Shown in pieces: positions 50,142 to 59,774 of a stretch of 64,000 bases of DNA. How positions within the stretch are numbered: position 1 is the stretch's first letter; the number at the start of each line of letters is the position of its first letter. The notes beneath the pieces are model-generated. The model worked only from the letters and a program-made list of their open reading frames with translations. It made no database searches and had not been told where the DNA came from. Origin of the DNA: Candidatus Adlerbacteria bacterium (GTDB lineage: Bacteria > Patescibacteriota > Minisyncoccia > Phycocordibacterales > SBAW01); contig CAVVLG010000003.1 of the NCBI GenBank assembly GCA_963749085.1, forward strand, positions 5,432 through 69,431. Reading direction: 5' to 3'. Made by a program: the position numbers and the translations under genes.

Positions 50142-50627
50142 ATGGGTGAAGTGGAAGATACATCCTTTGCACTGCTTCGAATCATTTTTGGAATCGTGTG
50201 GCTCGTTGATGCTTCCTTCAAATGGAACCCCGCCTTCATAAATAATTTTACAGAGTATCTGGTTCAAGGCGCCCAAGGTCAACCCGCGCTTGTTCAGGCG
50301 TGGGTTGATATGTGGATTAGAGGAGTGAGTATCGATCCACATTTGTTTGCCGTTATCGTAGCCTGTTCTGAGACGGCAATAGCTATCGGCCTTTTATTCG
50401 GACTGTTCACCGAAGTTGCGATTGCGGGCGGTATCGCCATGACGCTGGTCATTTGGTCTACGGCTGAGGGATTTGGCGGACCATATGTTGCAGGATCGAC
50501 CGACATTGGTGCGGCAATAATATACGCACTACTGTTTGTCGCCCTGTGGCTTGGACGATGTTGGCGATATTACAGTCTTGATTCATATATCAAACAGCGA
50601 TTGCCTTCTTTGTATTGGCGTTGGTGA
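50142..50627 (+). CDS. DoxX-like membrane protein
   Basis: Four transmembrane helices, LRIIFGIVWLVDASFKW motif. Confidence 0.55.
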   Translation: MGEVEDTSFALLRIIFGIVWLVDASFKWNPAFINNFTEYLVQGAQGQPALVQAWVDMWIRGVSIDPHLFAVIVACSETAIAIGLLFGLFTEVAIAGGIAMTLVIWSTAEGFGGPYVAGSTDIGAAIIYALLFVALWLGRCWRYYSLDSYIKQRLPSLYWRW

Positions 50628-50683
50628 AAAAAGTAGGTTTCGACATCAGACCGATACCAAAAAAATCGCGGAACGGCTGTCCT

Positions 50684-51562
50684 ATGAAAAAATCTAGAGA
50701 ATATATCGCCAAGGGAATCGGTCTTTTGTGGCTTTTGGACGGACTGCTCCAGTTTCAACCACAGATGTTTGGTCCGAACTTCGTGACTAATATTCTCTCA
50801 CCACTCCTGAACAATCAACCAGCCTTCCTAAACCTGCTCATCACTTGGGGTATACGTCTCTGGAACACGAATACGGCCATAACGGACACTATGGCTGCCT
50901 TGCTACAAATAGCCATAGGGGTACTGCTGTTTTTCCCTCTTTCAAGCAAAACGTTCAAGGTGGGCCTCTGGATATCCATAGTGTGGGGTACTATCGTGTG
51001 GCTGTGCGGAGAAGGCGCGGGGCTGCTTTTCACAGGTGGCGCGAGTTTTTACACCGGAGCGCCCGGCGCGGTCTTTGTGTACGTACTTATAGCGATACTT
51101 CTACTAATTCCCAATAAAGTGAGCGCTGAATGGTACCCGAAGATCGTTGGTTGGATATGCATATTCGGATCGCTCTTGCAATTGCAACCTTCTCTTTGGA
51201 CGACCGGAGGAGTCCAGGGGAATTTTATGACGTCCATGATGGATCCGCTTCATGCCTTGAGCGCCTGGCCGAACATGCTTTACAATGCCGTCGGTTTTCA
51301 TCCTGTCTTATCAAATTTTCAGCTCGCTCTTGTCCTGTGCATCGTAGGGGTATTGCTGGTGCTTAAACCAAATAAAATAATTGGTGTGATTGCACTCCTG
51401 TTTCTCTTTTTGGTATGGTGGTTCGGACAGGATTTCGGCCAGCTCTCCACTCTTTTTGTCGGCACCGCCACCGATCCCAATACCGCTCCCTTGTTGGCTC
51501 TCTTGATGCTGCCACTATTCTTCGGCCGCACAACGAAAGAATCAGTTCCTGCAGCAATCTAA
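50684..51562 (+). CDS. multi-pass membrane protein, hypothetical (DoxX-related?)
   Basis: Seven or more hydrophobic helices. Start taken at MKKSREY. Confidence 0.45.
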   Translation: MKKSREYIAKGIGLLWLLDGLLQFQPQMFGPNFVTNILSPLLNNQPAFLNLLITWGIRLWNTNTAITDTMAALLQIAIGVLLFFPLSSKTFKVGLWISIVWGTIVWLCGEGAGLLFTGGASFYTGAPGAVFVYVLIAILLLIPNKVSAEWYPKIVGWICIFGSLLQLQPSLWTTGGVQGNFMTSMMDPLHALSAWPNMLYNAVGFHPVLSNFQLALVLCIVGVLLVLKPNKIIGVIALLFLFLVWWFGQDFGQLSTLFVGTATDPNTAPLLALLMLPLFFGRTTKESVPAAI

Positions 51563-51837
51563 GAAAGATTTGGCTTTCTAACGAAGCCCTGTGCATCGAG
51601 TTGGAGCCAATCCATTATCTTTTTGCGATGCTCAGAAAGTGACCACTGATCTTCGTGCTTAAAAAATGACTGGTGCTCTTGCCGATACTGAAGGAGCAGC
51701 GCAAAAGAGGCTTTCGGGAAGTTTTCCGGAATAGTCGCGTTGTACGAGAGGAGAAATTCCTTCACTGACATCAAATTCTCGCTTGGATCAAACTTTTTAG
51801 AAAATGATTTCATCACTCGCCATGGTAGCATGGACAA
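51559..51837 (-). CDS. hypothetical protein
   Basis: 92-aa ORF with no motif. Confidence 0.35.
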   Translation of the reverse strand: MSMLPWRVMKSFSKKFDPSENLMSVKEFLLSYNATIPENFPKASFALLLQYRQEHQSFFKHEDQWSLSEHRKKIMDWLQLDAQGFVRKPNLS

Positions 51838-51846
51838 AGCGAAAAA

Positions 51847-53496
51847 TCAATTTTCATTTTTTCCGGCGGCTTTCATAAAGGCCACGAACAAAGGGTGGGG
51901 TTTAAGCGGACGTGACAGAAATTCCGGATGAAATTGCGTGCCAAGAAAAAACGGGTGTACTTCTTTAGGAAGTTCTGCTATTTCCATAAGCACCCCATCA
52001 GGCGAGCGGCCGCTGAAGACGAGCCCCGCCTCTTCCAGACGCGAAATATACTTCGGATTTATTTCATAGCGGTGCCGGTGACGCTCCGATATTTTTGGAC
52101 TTCCGTAGGCCGCACGGGCAATACTTCCCTCTGTGAGCTTACAAGGATATGCACCGAGCCGCATGGTCCCGCCGTAGGACTCCTTCGCGAGATGTTCTTT
52201 TTGCGACTCCATGACCGCAACCACCGGATGCGGCGCGTCGTGATCAATTTCAGTCGTGTGCGCGCCGGTAAGTTTTGCTTTGTGGCGCGCGTACTCGATA
52301 ACCATGAGCTGCATACCATAACACAGCCCGAAATACGGTATGCCCTTCTCCCGCACGTACTCGATAACCTTTAGCTTGCCTTCAATACCCGTCTCGCCGA
52401 AGCCACCGGGAATGAGGACGCCTTGAAACTTGTCGAGTTCACTGAGTGACAGCTTCCCCGACTCGAAATCCTTGGAATTCAAGTACGTTATCTTCGGCTT
52501 CAATCCCAGATGATGCGCGGCGGTTTTGAGCGCCTCTAAAACTGATATATACACGTCCGAAAGGACAAATTCGCCGGAATCGAAGTACTTCCCTACCACG
52601 GCGACGGTGACTTCCTTGCCGCCGTTCTTTGACTTCTTAACAAATCCGCGCCAGTCCTGAAGTTTGCTCTTTCTTTTTGAGAGCCCCAATACTTCCGTCA
52701 AAATGTCGCCGAGACCGTCTTTCTCGTAATTAAGCGGCACGTCATAGATGCTTTCTACGTCTGGGGCGGAGATGACGCGCCCGGGCTCGATGTTACAGAA
52801 CAGCGCTATTTTTTCTTTGCGCTTCTGATCAAGCGGCACAATGGCGCGCGCCAGAATAACGTCGGCCTGGAGCCCTGCGGAATTCAACTCCCGGCTCGCA
52901 TACTGTGTGGGCTTCGTCTTCATCTCACCGATGTTGCTGGGGATAGGAACATAGGAGAGCATGACCGTGGCGACGTCCTTCGGACATTCCTGCTTGAGCA
53001 TGCGGGCCGCTTCAAGAAAAATAATATTCTGGTATTCGCCTATGGTTCCTCCTACCTCAATGAGCGTAATATCGGCTTTCGCCTTTTTCTGCGCTTCTTT
53101 GATGCGGCGCAGAACTTCGAGCGGCACATGCGGAACCACCTCGACGTTTTTTCCTTTATATTCAAGATTGCGTTCGCGCCGGATGATTTCCCTATACACG
53201 CGTCCCGTGGTCATGTAGTTGATGCTCGAAAGGGTCTCACCCAAAAAACGCTCGTAGTTTCCCATGTCCTGATCGGTCTCATACCCGTCATCAAGCACAA
53301 ACACTTCGCCATGTTCGGTCGGGTTCATAGTGCCCGCATCGACATTGATGTACGGGTCAATCTTAAGGGCGGTGACCTTGAAGCCCTTGGATTTCAAAAT
53401 CCTTGCCATCGCCGAGGTGGCCACCCCTTTGCCGATGCCGCTCATCACTCCGCCGACTATGAAAATGAATTTGGGAGTCTTTTTGCGGGCAGCCAT
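51847..53496 (-). CDS. pyrG: CTP synthase
   Basis: GVMSGIGKGV N-terminus, synthetase domain and GATase domain (GLCYGMQL). Confidence 0.95.
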   Translation of the reverse strand: MAARKKTPKFIFIVGGVMSGIGKGVATSAMARILKSKGFKVTALKIDPYINVDAGTMNPTEHGEVFVLDDGYETDQDMGNYERFLGETLSSINYMTTGRVYREIIRRERNLEYKGKNVEVVPHVPLEVLRRIKEAQKKAKADITLIEVGGTIGEYQNIIFLEAARMLKQECPKDVATVMLSYVPIPSNIGEMKTKPTQYASRELNSAGLQADVILARAIVPLDQKRKEKIALFCNIEPGRVISAPDVESIYDVPLNYEKDGLGDILTEVLGLSKRKSKLQDWRGFVKKSKNGGKEVTVAVVGKYFDSGEFVLSDVYISVLEALKTAAHHLGLKPKITYLNSKDFESGKLSLSELDKFQGVLIPGGFGETGIEGKLKVIEYVREKGIPYFGLCYGMQLMVIEYARHKAKLTGAHTTEIDHDAPHPVVAVMESQKEHLAKESYGGTMRLGAYPCKLTEGSIARAAYGSPKISERHRHRYEINPKYISRLEEAGLVFSGRSPDGVLMEIAELPKEVHPFFLGTQFHPEFLSRPLKPHPLFVAFMKAAGKNEN

Positions 53497-53511
53497 ACTC
53501 TAGTAGGTATA

Positions 53512-54444
53512 TCAGATTCTGAGATATCGTCTAACGGCGAGATAGCTTGCAATGCCTCCGAGGAGGATACCGGAACCAACGATGATAAGGAAAAGCAGGG
53601 CAAAATTATCCAAATAATAGGAGAAGACGTTAATGCCGCCGAAGAAATTTTCGGTCGTATTTCCCATCCACCACGTGAGCGGATAAAAAAGAAGCAGCGT
53701 AATGAGACCGGCGATGAGCCCGTACATGACTCCCTCAACTATGAAGGGTGCCCTGATATAGCCTTGGGTCGCGCCGACGAGCCGCATGACCGATATCTCT
53801 TCTCGCGAAGTGTAAATAGCGAGTCTCAGCGTATTGAAGGAGATGGCGACCGTGACCACAACGAAGATAGCAATAATGGCGAGGCCTATCCATTTGGCCG
53901 AGTCGGTTATCTGTGCCAACTCCGTTATGGCGTTTTGCTGCGCCGGATCAAAGTAATTTATTTTGTCTATGATTTGCGGCTGGCCATTTTGGAGGGCCTC
54001 CTGACCCTGGAGGAAGTCGGCTATGGAGCCGTAGTCGGAAATATCCTTCGCCTTGATGTTCAGCACCGCCCCCAAGGGATTCGTGCCCAGCTCATTGAGT
54101 GCCTGGAGCGTCAACTGGTCGTTCGCATGCGTTTGCTGGAACTGCGCGAGCGCCTGGTCGGCAGAGATGTATTGGGTCGAGGCGACTTCAGGAAGCGCGT
54201 TGACAGACGCTTGCAGCGCCAAAATCTGGCTCTCCGGAGCGTCAGTGGTGAAATAGACGTTCATGTCCGCCTTGTCGCGGAATTGCTGAAGGGTGGTGTT
54301 GAGGATGGCGCCGGTGAAAATGGCGAGTCCGATAATAAAAAGCGTGAAGACCATCATCATGATTGAGGCAAAAGAGACGAAGCCATTGCGCCAGAAATCG
54401 AGAAAGCCCGCTCGGAATATTCTTTTTACGGTCATCCAATCCAT
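53512..54444 (-). CDS. ftsX: cell-division ABC transporter permease FtsX
   Basis: Transmembrane helix, large periplasmic loop, three C-terminal transmembrane helices. Adjacent to ftsE. Confidence 0.85.
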   Translation of the reverse strand: MDWMTVKRIFRAGFLDFWRNGFVSFASIMMMVFTLFIIGLAIFTGAILNTTLQQFRDKADMNVYFTTDAPESQILALQASVNALPEVASTQYISADQALAQFQQTHANDQLTLQALNELGTNPLGAVLNIKAKDISDYGSIADFLQGQEALQNGQPQIIDKINYFDPAQQNAITELAQITDSAKWIGLAIIAIFVVVTVAISFNTLRLAIYTSREEISVMRLVGATQGYIRAPFIVEGVMYGLIAGLITLLLFYPLTWWMGNTTENFFGGINVFSYYLDNFALLFLIIVGSGILLGGIASYLAVRRYLRI

Positions 54445-54446
54445 AC

Positions 54447-55127
54447 CTACAGTATATACTTCCCTTCCCGGTCATCCCGGATAACCTTGCCGCGGTCCAT
54501 GGTGATGACGCGCTTCTTCAGCGAATCGATGACGCCTTTGTTGTGCGTCGTTAAAATAATGGTCGTTCCTAAATCGTTTATCTTTTTTAAAATTTGAACG
54601 ACTTCAAACGTGTTGACGGGATCAAGGTTGCCGGTCGGCTCATCGGCCACGATGACGTCCGGCTGATTCACTATCGCGCGGGCAATGGCGACACGCTGTT
54701 GCTCCCCGCCGGAGAGCTCGTCGGGAAAGTTATTAAGCTTGTCACCTAAATCGACAAGCTCGAGCACATGCGGCACATCAGAGCGAATTTCCTCCTCAAC
54801 TCTTCCGGCAGCCTCCATGGCAAATGCGATGTTTTCGTAGGCTGTTTTGGTCGGAAGCAGCTTAAAATCCTGAAATACCGTGCCGATTTTGCGCCGCAAG
54901 TCATTGATGCGATTCATTGGTATCTCATGCACGTTTATCGACTCGAAAAACACCGAGCCGGAGGAGGGTCGCTCTTCGGCGAGAAGCATTTTGATGAGGG
55001 TAGTCTTCCCAGCGCCTGAGTGGCCGACGATGGAGATGAATTCTCCGGGCTCAACCGAGAAACTCACGTCCTCCAGTGCAACAGAATTATCGGCGTAAAT
55101 TTTGCTTACGCGATCGTAATATATCAC
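54447..55127 (-). CDS. ftsE: cell-division ATP-binding protein FtsE
   Basis: Walker A GHSGAGKTT, signature LSGGEQQR, Walker B VIVADEP. Confidence 0.9.
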   Translation of the reverse strand: MIYYDRVSKIYADNSVALEDVSFSVEPGEFISIVGHSGAGKTTLIKMLLAEERPSSGSVFFESINVHEIPMNRINDLRRKIGTVFQDFKLLPTKTAYENIAFAMEAAGRVEEEIRSDVPHVLELVDLGDKLNNFPDELSGGEQQRVAIARAIVNQPDVIVADEPTGNLDPVNTFEVVQILKKINDLGTTIILTTHNKGVIDSLKKRVITMDRGKVIRDDREGKYIL

Positions 55128-55171
55128 AACCTTCTTATTGTACCCGCAATCCCCTGATGCGCAAAATAGCC

Positions 55172-56044
55172 TTATTCTTGAGCTTTTTCCAAAAAGGGCT
55201 CGAGGTCGCCCCCAAGCACGCCTTCGACGTCGCGAACCTCCATACCTGTGCGGTGGTCCTTGACCAACTTGTAAGGGTGGAGGACGTAGGAGCGTATCTG
55301 GTTACCCCATTCGATTTTGTTGGATGCGGTGGAAAGATCGTCTATTTTTTCCTTACGTTCCGCTTCAAGCTGCCGCAGGAGTTTCGCTTTCACTATCGCC
55401 AAGGCCTTTTCTTTGTTAGCCCCTTGCGTACGTTCCCCGTCAACGTGCGCTGAGATGCCGGTTGGCCTGTGCACGATGCGTACCGCTGTCTCGCGTTTGT
55501 TGACATTTTGCCCCCCGGGACCCGAGGAGCGCGCGACCGTTATCTCCAGATCGCTCTCCGGTATCTCAATGGTTGAAATTGTATCTATCACCGGAAGCAC
55601 CTCAACGAGCACGAACGATGTCTGTCGTTTTTTATTTGCATTGAACGGCGATATGCGCACCAGACGGTGCACACCGTATTCTCCTTTGAGCGTACCGTAG
55701 GCATGCGTACCCTCGACTTCTATAGAAAGGTTTCGGTAGCCGCCATGGTCGTTTTCGTTTTTATGCAATACCCGCCAACTCCAGGCACGTTTTTCTATGT
55801 ATTTGCGGTACATTTCAAACAGCATGTGCGCGAAATCTTCGGCATCATCTCCACCTGCGCCTGCCACAAACGTGACGACGGCATTCCCCTTGTCGTAGGT
55901 ATTGCCGTCTTCCGCGAGCGTTTTCAAATCATGCAGTTCTTTAATAAGGGCTTGGGCTTCAGCAGGATTGCTCCAAAAGTTCGCCTGTTGCATGGCGGCC
56001 TCAATCTCCTGTATGTGCAGGACTATTTCCTCCTTTGATTGCAT
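55172..56044 (-). CDS. prfB: peptide chain release factor 2; short 290-aa form with no frameshift site detected
   Basis: SPF stop-recognition tripeptide (RISPFNANKK), GGQ motif (SSGPGGQNVNK), RF2-type C-terminus. Confidence 0.85.
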   Translation of the reverse strand: MQSKEEIVLHIQEIEAAMQQANFWSNPAEAQALIKELHDLKTLAEDGNTYDKGNAVVTFVAGAGGDDAEDFAHMLFEMYRKYIEKRAWSWRVLHKNENDHGGYRNLSIEVEGTHAYGTLKGEYGVHRLVRISPFNANKKRQTSFVLVEVLPVIDTISTIEIPESDLEITVARSSGPGGQNVNKRETAVRIVHRPTGISAHVDGERTQGANKEKALAIVKAKLLRQLEAERKEKIDDLSTASNKIEWGNQIRSYVLHPYKLVKDHRTGMEVRDVEGVLGGDLEPFLEKAQE

Positions 56045-56085
56045 AGAGGTGAGTATAGCACAGACTTGACTTTTATATAAAATAT

Positions 56086-56760
56086 GTGATACCTTGGTCT
56101 GCGGAAGACCAATTCGAATCTACCTACACACCTACGCACTGGAGGTGCACTGTGGCCAAAACCATTCTTATGAGACTTCCGGGTCTTGCCCACTATCAAT
56201 TGGGCGATATCGACGATTGGGCATCGCTCATATTTCCGAGGGTGTTCTGCGGTTCAGAGCTATTCACTGCAGGGCAGCTGATGGGTTGGGAGAAGCGAGG
56301 TGATAGGCCCCTATGCGGATATATCTCTGTTATCGACCCAAAATTCGGTTCGCGGGCCAAACATAAACTCGCTGCCGGGCATAAGAAAAGCCTCGAAAAG
56401 ACTCTTCCGGGAGAAATTCCCGACGAGACACCACTCGATACGGCAATCAGGGAGTTGGAGGGCGAGACTGGCATCAAAGCTTTGCCCGAGGCATTTCGTT
56501 ATGTCAACAAATGGCTCGGGGCCCGTGGCAATCACTGGAAATGTCTGTTCACTGCGGACATCACGGAAGGAGACCGCGACTGGATGAACAATCATCACAA
56601 GGAGAACGAGGGCGAGATGCCGAAGTTCTTCACTGTTGATGAGTTCTACTCCATAGTTCGGGAAGGCAAGTTCATGGCCGAGCACTACCAAAAGCTTGAA
56701 GAATTTGGACTTATCCTCCCACTTGGTCGTGACCGTCACAACACTAAAGCGACAGCATAG
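56086..56760 (+). CDS. NUDIX-like hydrolase, divergent; start uncertain
   Basis: Degenerate Nudix box GEIPDETPLDTAIRELEGETGI. Confidence 0.5.
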   Translation: MIPWSAEDQFESTYTPTHWRCTVAKTILMRLPGLAHYQLGDIDDWASLIFPRVFCGSELFTAGQLMGWEKRGDRPLCGYISVIDPKFGSRAKHKLAAGHKKSLEKTLPGEIPDETPLDTAIRELEGETGIKALPEAFRYVNKWLGARGNHWKCLFTADITEGDRDWMNNHHKENEGEMPKFFTVDEFYSIVREGKFMAEHYQKLEEFGLILPLGRDRHNTKATA

Positions 56761-56821
56761 CCGACCATGCCGTAGAGTCCTGTGAAGGACATCTACGGCT
56801 TCTTTTTTCAAAAAAATTCTG

Positions 56822-56894
56822 AGCCGAGGGGGAGAATCGAACTCCCGACCTGCGGTTTACGATACCGCTGCTCTACCAGCTGAGCTACCTCGGC
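56822..56894 (-). tRNA. tRNA-Thr (anticodon CGT)
   Basis: Hand fold: acceptor GCCGAGG/CCTCGGC, anticodon stem GCGGT/ACCGC with loop ATCGTAA, T-arm GGGAG-TTCGATT-CTCCC. Confidence 0.85.
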
Positions 56895-56927
56895 AAACAA
56901 AAAACAATTCCTGAAACTATATCAGGG

Positions 56928-57000
56928 AGCCGAAGGCCGGAATCGAACCGGCGACCTACTCCTTACCATGGAGTTGCTCTACCATCTGAGCTACTTCGGC
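56928..57000 (-). tRNA. tRNA-Thr (anticodon GGT)
   Basis: Hand fold: acceptor GCCGAAG/CTTCGGC, anticodon stem ACTCC/GGAGT with loop ATGGTAA, T-arm GCCGG-TTCGATT-CCGGC. Confidence 0.85.
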
Positions 57001-57091
57001 TTGCAAAAGCTCTTGCACAGTAGCGTATTTTCGAGACTTTTTCAATTTATAAGCGAGGCTCTTTTGTATCGTTAAGAGTCGCCATGTCGCT

Positions 57092-57391
57092 TCACGGAGA
57101 CGTCCATCCCTCCATCGGGAACGCAGCGATGACAATGCAGGCTCCGAGGAATACCAACCACCATACGGAGGCGCCTAATATCACTACGAACAGAACGCCA
57201 ACACTGGGGATGAAATCTACTACTCGCCATAGACTCGGCTTCTCGCTGAATTCGTATACGGATATACATACAGAGACAAGGGCAAGAATAAAAATAATCC
57301 ATAAGGGTACTGGCCTGCCATAAGCCAAGTAGACACCGAGAAATGCAATTGATAATCCGGCTAAGGCGTCGACTGTTTGTTTCCAAGTCAT
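57092..57391 (-). CDS. small three-TM membrane protein inside the tRNA cluster
   Basis: 99-aa hydrophobic ORF between tRNA-Thr and tRNA-Asp. Confidence 0.4.
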   Translation of the reverse strand: MTWKQTVDALAGLSIAFLGVYLAYGRPVPLWIIFILALVSVCISVYEFSEKPSLWRVVDFIPSVGVLFVVILGASVWWLVFLGACIVIAAFPMEGWTSP

Positions 57392-57419
57392 ATACTTAGA
57401 CTATACCTATTCCTCCGTG

Positions 57420-57493
57420 CGCGAGAGACGGGACTTGAACCCGCAACCTCCGCCGTGACAGGGCGGCGCTCTAACCAGTTGAGCTACTCCCGC
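57420..57493 (-). tRNA. tRNA-Asp (anticodon GTC)
   Basis: Hand fold: acceptor GCGGGAG/CTCTCGC (one G-U pair), anticodon stem CCGCC/GGCGG with loop CTGTCAC, T-arm GCGGG-TTCAAGT-CCCGT. Confidence 0.85.
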
Positions 57494-57557
57494 ATATATG
57501 CGACAAACAAGGCTACTTTAGCTTAAAAACAGAGGGTTTTCCAGTTTTTTTAACGGG

Positions 57558-57631
57558 TGTCGGCGGAAGGACTTGCACCTTCGACCTTGGGTTTATGAGT
57601 CCCATGCTCTAACTACCTGAGCTACGCCGAC
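57558..57631 (-). tRNA. tRNA with CAT anticodon (elongator Met or Ile-lysidine type); atypical T-loop
   Basis: Hand fold: acceptor GTCGGCG/CGCCGAC (G1-C72, so not initiator), anticodon loop CTCATAA. The T-arm GAAGG-TGCAAGT-CCTTC has G at position 55 instead of the near-universal U, and 31-39 is an A-A mismatch. Confidence 0.7.
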
Positions 57632-57651
57632 GTGAAGTCAAAGTAGCATTT

Positions 57652-58056
57652 TTAAGCCTTCCCTTCAACGCGACTTTGCAGTTTTTGATAAATATCTGCG
57701 TACGCGAGCATCGTCACCGGAATACTGACTAAAAGCCCCACAAAGAAAAGAAGCAGACCAATGATATTGAGTACGAGAATAACCAGCAGAAAGCCGAGGA
57801 GGTGCCACTTAACCCCCTGCGTCATGAGAGCACTTTTCCGCAAGCTCTCGAGGATACCGTTGCCGTCTACGGCAGAGAACCTTACCATTGAATAGCGCAA
57901 GAGCAGATAAATACCCGGCACGATAAGGAGAATGAGTCCGACGACTATGACAACTGCAGCCAAGAGAGAGGCAGCGGTATATACAACGACGACGCGCGTC
58001 GACGGAAGAATGTCTTTGTATGAAGTACGTTGGCCACGGGCAATTTTAAGCAGCAC
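57652..58056 (-). CDS. integral membrane protein, hypothetical
   Basis: Three or four transmembrane helices. Confidence 0.5.
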   Translation of the reverse strand: MLLKIARGQRTSYKDILPSTRVVVVYTAASLLAAVVIVVGLILLIVPGIYLLLRYSMVRFSAVDGNGILESLRKSALMTQGVKWHLLGFLLVILVLNIIGLLLFFVGLLVSIPVTMLAYADIYQKLQSRVEGKA

Positions 58057-58085
58057 TACTGTGAACCCTGCGCTTACGATAACGC

Positions 58086-58808
58086 TTACGAGAAGAAGTA
58101 CGAATGCCGCAAGAATTCCCTCAAGGCTATTACCAAAAACGCGTACCTCTCTTGGATCCGTGCTTTTGATATGGAGGTCCCTTGGTTTACCATCCGATAT
58201 TTCATGAGCACATCCTCGATATTTCCAAAATTGCTAATCTTCCCAATACGGAAATAGAGGTCATAATCTTGGGCAATGGCCAAGACAGGACCATACTCAA
58301 ATTTCTTTGCCACCTCGGCTCTGAGAATAACCAGCGGGTGTGAGAAGGGACTGTATCTGAAGAGCTTTTTCCGTATTTCGGTATCGGTCAGGTTGTATCT
58401 CCTGTATCCGATTCGCTCCAATTTTTCATTGCAGACCTCCATCGTGCCGCCGCTCACACCGACCTCCAGGTGAGCTTCCATATAGTCGAATTGCTTTTGC
58501 AATCTGTCAGGATAACTCCAATCGTCCGCATCCATACGTGCGATGTATTTACCTTTTGTTAGTAACAATCCCTTGTTAAGCGTATGCGAGACCATGAGAT
58601 TCTTTTCGTTTCTGAAGCTCGCGATGCGAGCGTCTTTTGCAGCATACTTCTTAATAATCTCGGGAGTCGCGTCGCTACTGCAATCATCGATAATAATTAA
58701 TTCAAAATCTTTGAATGTTTGGTTGAGAATACTTTCAATAGCCTCGCCGATATATTTCTCGGCGTTATACGCAGGCATCAGCACTGATATCTTTGGTGTA
58801 GCTTCCAT
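58086..58808 (-). CDS. family 2 glycosyltransferase
   Basis: ISVLMPAYNAEKYI and DDCSSD (DxD) motifs of a GT-A fold. Confidence 0.85.
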   Translation of the reverse strand: MEATPKISVLMPAYNAEKYIGEAIESILNQTFKDFELIIIDDCSSDATPEIIKKYAAKDARIASFRNEKNLMVSHTLNKGLLLTKGKYIARMDADDWSYPDRLQKQFDYMEAHLEVGVSGGTMEVCNEKLERIGYRRYNLTDTEIRKKLFRYSPFSHPLVILRAEVAKKFEYGPVLAIAQDYDLYFRIGKISNFGNIEDVLMKYRMVNQGTSISKARIQERYAFLVIALREFLRHSYFFS

Positions 58809-58814
58809 ATTCCT

Positions 58815-59762
58815 CTATTCGCGCGGCTTGCGCACCACATAGAGCGGGCGGCGTGAGATTTCCTCATTGATACGCCCGACGTAGAGCGCCACAATGCCGA
58901 GCGCCATCAGCACGACGCCTATCAGAAAGGCATTGATGATGGAAAGTTGCGCAGTGCCCGAGACACCCCAGTGCAGTGCGTCCCTAAACACGTACCGTTC
59001 AAGAAATACGGTCACGCCGAGCAGGAATGAAACTACCGTAATGAAAAAGCCAAGGTACCCGGCAGCGCGTAGCGGGAAGAGCGAGTTTGCCGCGATGGAG
59101 TTGATGGCAAGGCGGAAAAGCTTCACGAAGGAATACTGCGCCTCCCCGTGCAAACGGGCTGGCGCGACAAAGGGAATTATTTCCTTCCTGTATCCGAGCC
59201 AGGATATAAGAGAGCGGGTCATGCGCCCGCGTTCGTGGAGCATTGAGAACGCATCCACCACCTCGCGGTCAAGCAGGCAGAAGTCGGTCTCTCCCGGTAT
59301 GGTCGGCGTATCCGAGATGCGAGACATGAGCGCATGAAAGAGCTTTGAGCCGTATCGCTTCACAGTGCCTTCGCCGTTGTTGCTTGAACGCACGCCCACG
59401 ACAACTTCTACCCCCCCCTCCCAGCGTTTGATAAACTCCGGGATGAGTTGTGGCGGATGCTGGAGATCGGCGTCCAGGCAAATCACCGCATCTCCCACGG
59501 CTTCACGTATACCGGCCGTGGTAGCGGCCTCCTTGCCGAAGTTGCGGGTGAACTCGATGCCGCGTACCGCTTCGTCCTTGGCTGTCAGCGCATTAATTGC
59601 GGCCTGACTGCCGTCTTTGCTCCCGTCATTCACGAAAAGGATCTCGTACGCGTAATGGAACGCCGGGCCTCCGACTATCGTATGGACTTCCGAATAGACG
59701 AGCGGAATATTCTTTTCCTCATTGTGCACCGGTATGACGATGGAAATTAGTTTCTTTTTCAT
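58815..59762 (-). CDS. family 2 glycosyltransferase, polyprenyl-phosphate sugar transferase type (DPM1/ArnC-like) with C-terminal transmembrane helices
   Basis: ISIVIPVHNEE, VNDGSKDGS and LDADLQHPP motifs. Two C-terminal transmembrane helices. Confidence 0.85.
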   Translation of the reverse strand: MKKKLISIVIPVHNEEKNIPLVYSEVHTIVGGPAFHYAYEILFVNDGSKDGSQAAINALTAKDEAVRGIEFTRNFGKEAATTAGIREAVGDAVICLDADLQHPPQLIPEFIKRWEGGVEVVVGVRSSNNGEGTVKRYGSKLFHALMSRISDTPTIPGETDFCLLDREVVDAFSMLHERGRMTRSLISWLGYRKEIIPFVAPARLHGEAQYSFVKLFRLAINSIAANSLFPLRAAGYLGFFITVVSFLLGVTVFLERYVFRDALHWGVSGTAQLSIINAFLIGVVLMALGIVALYVGRINEEISRRPLYVVRKPRE

Positions 59763-59774
59763 ACGGTACGAGGT

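Noticed and set aside
50142-51840. Whether the tRNA-Gln-associated island extends to pyrG
   Set aside because: The membrane-protein genes at 50142-51562 look intermediate in GC, and the candidate degenerate repeat lies at ~50100. Left as uncertain rather than included.
56045-56122. Possible upstream frameshifted N-terminal segment of prfB
   Set aside because: The in-frame extension reads ...IRIGLPQTKVSHILYKSQVCAILTS, not RF2-like, and hits a stop at 56120.
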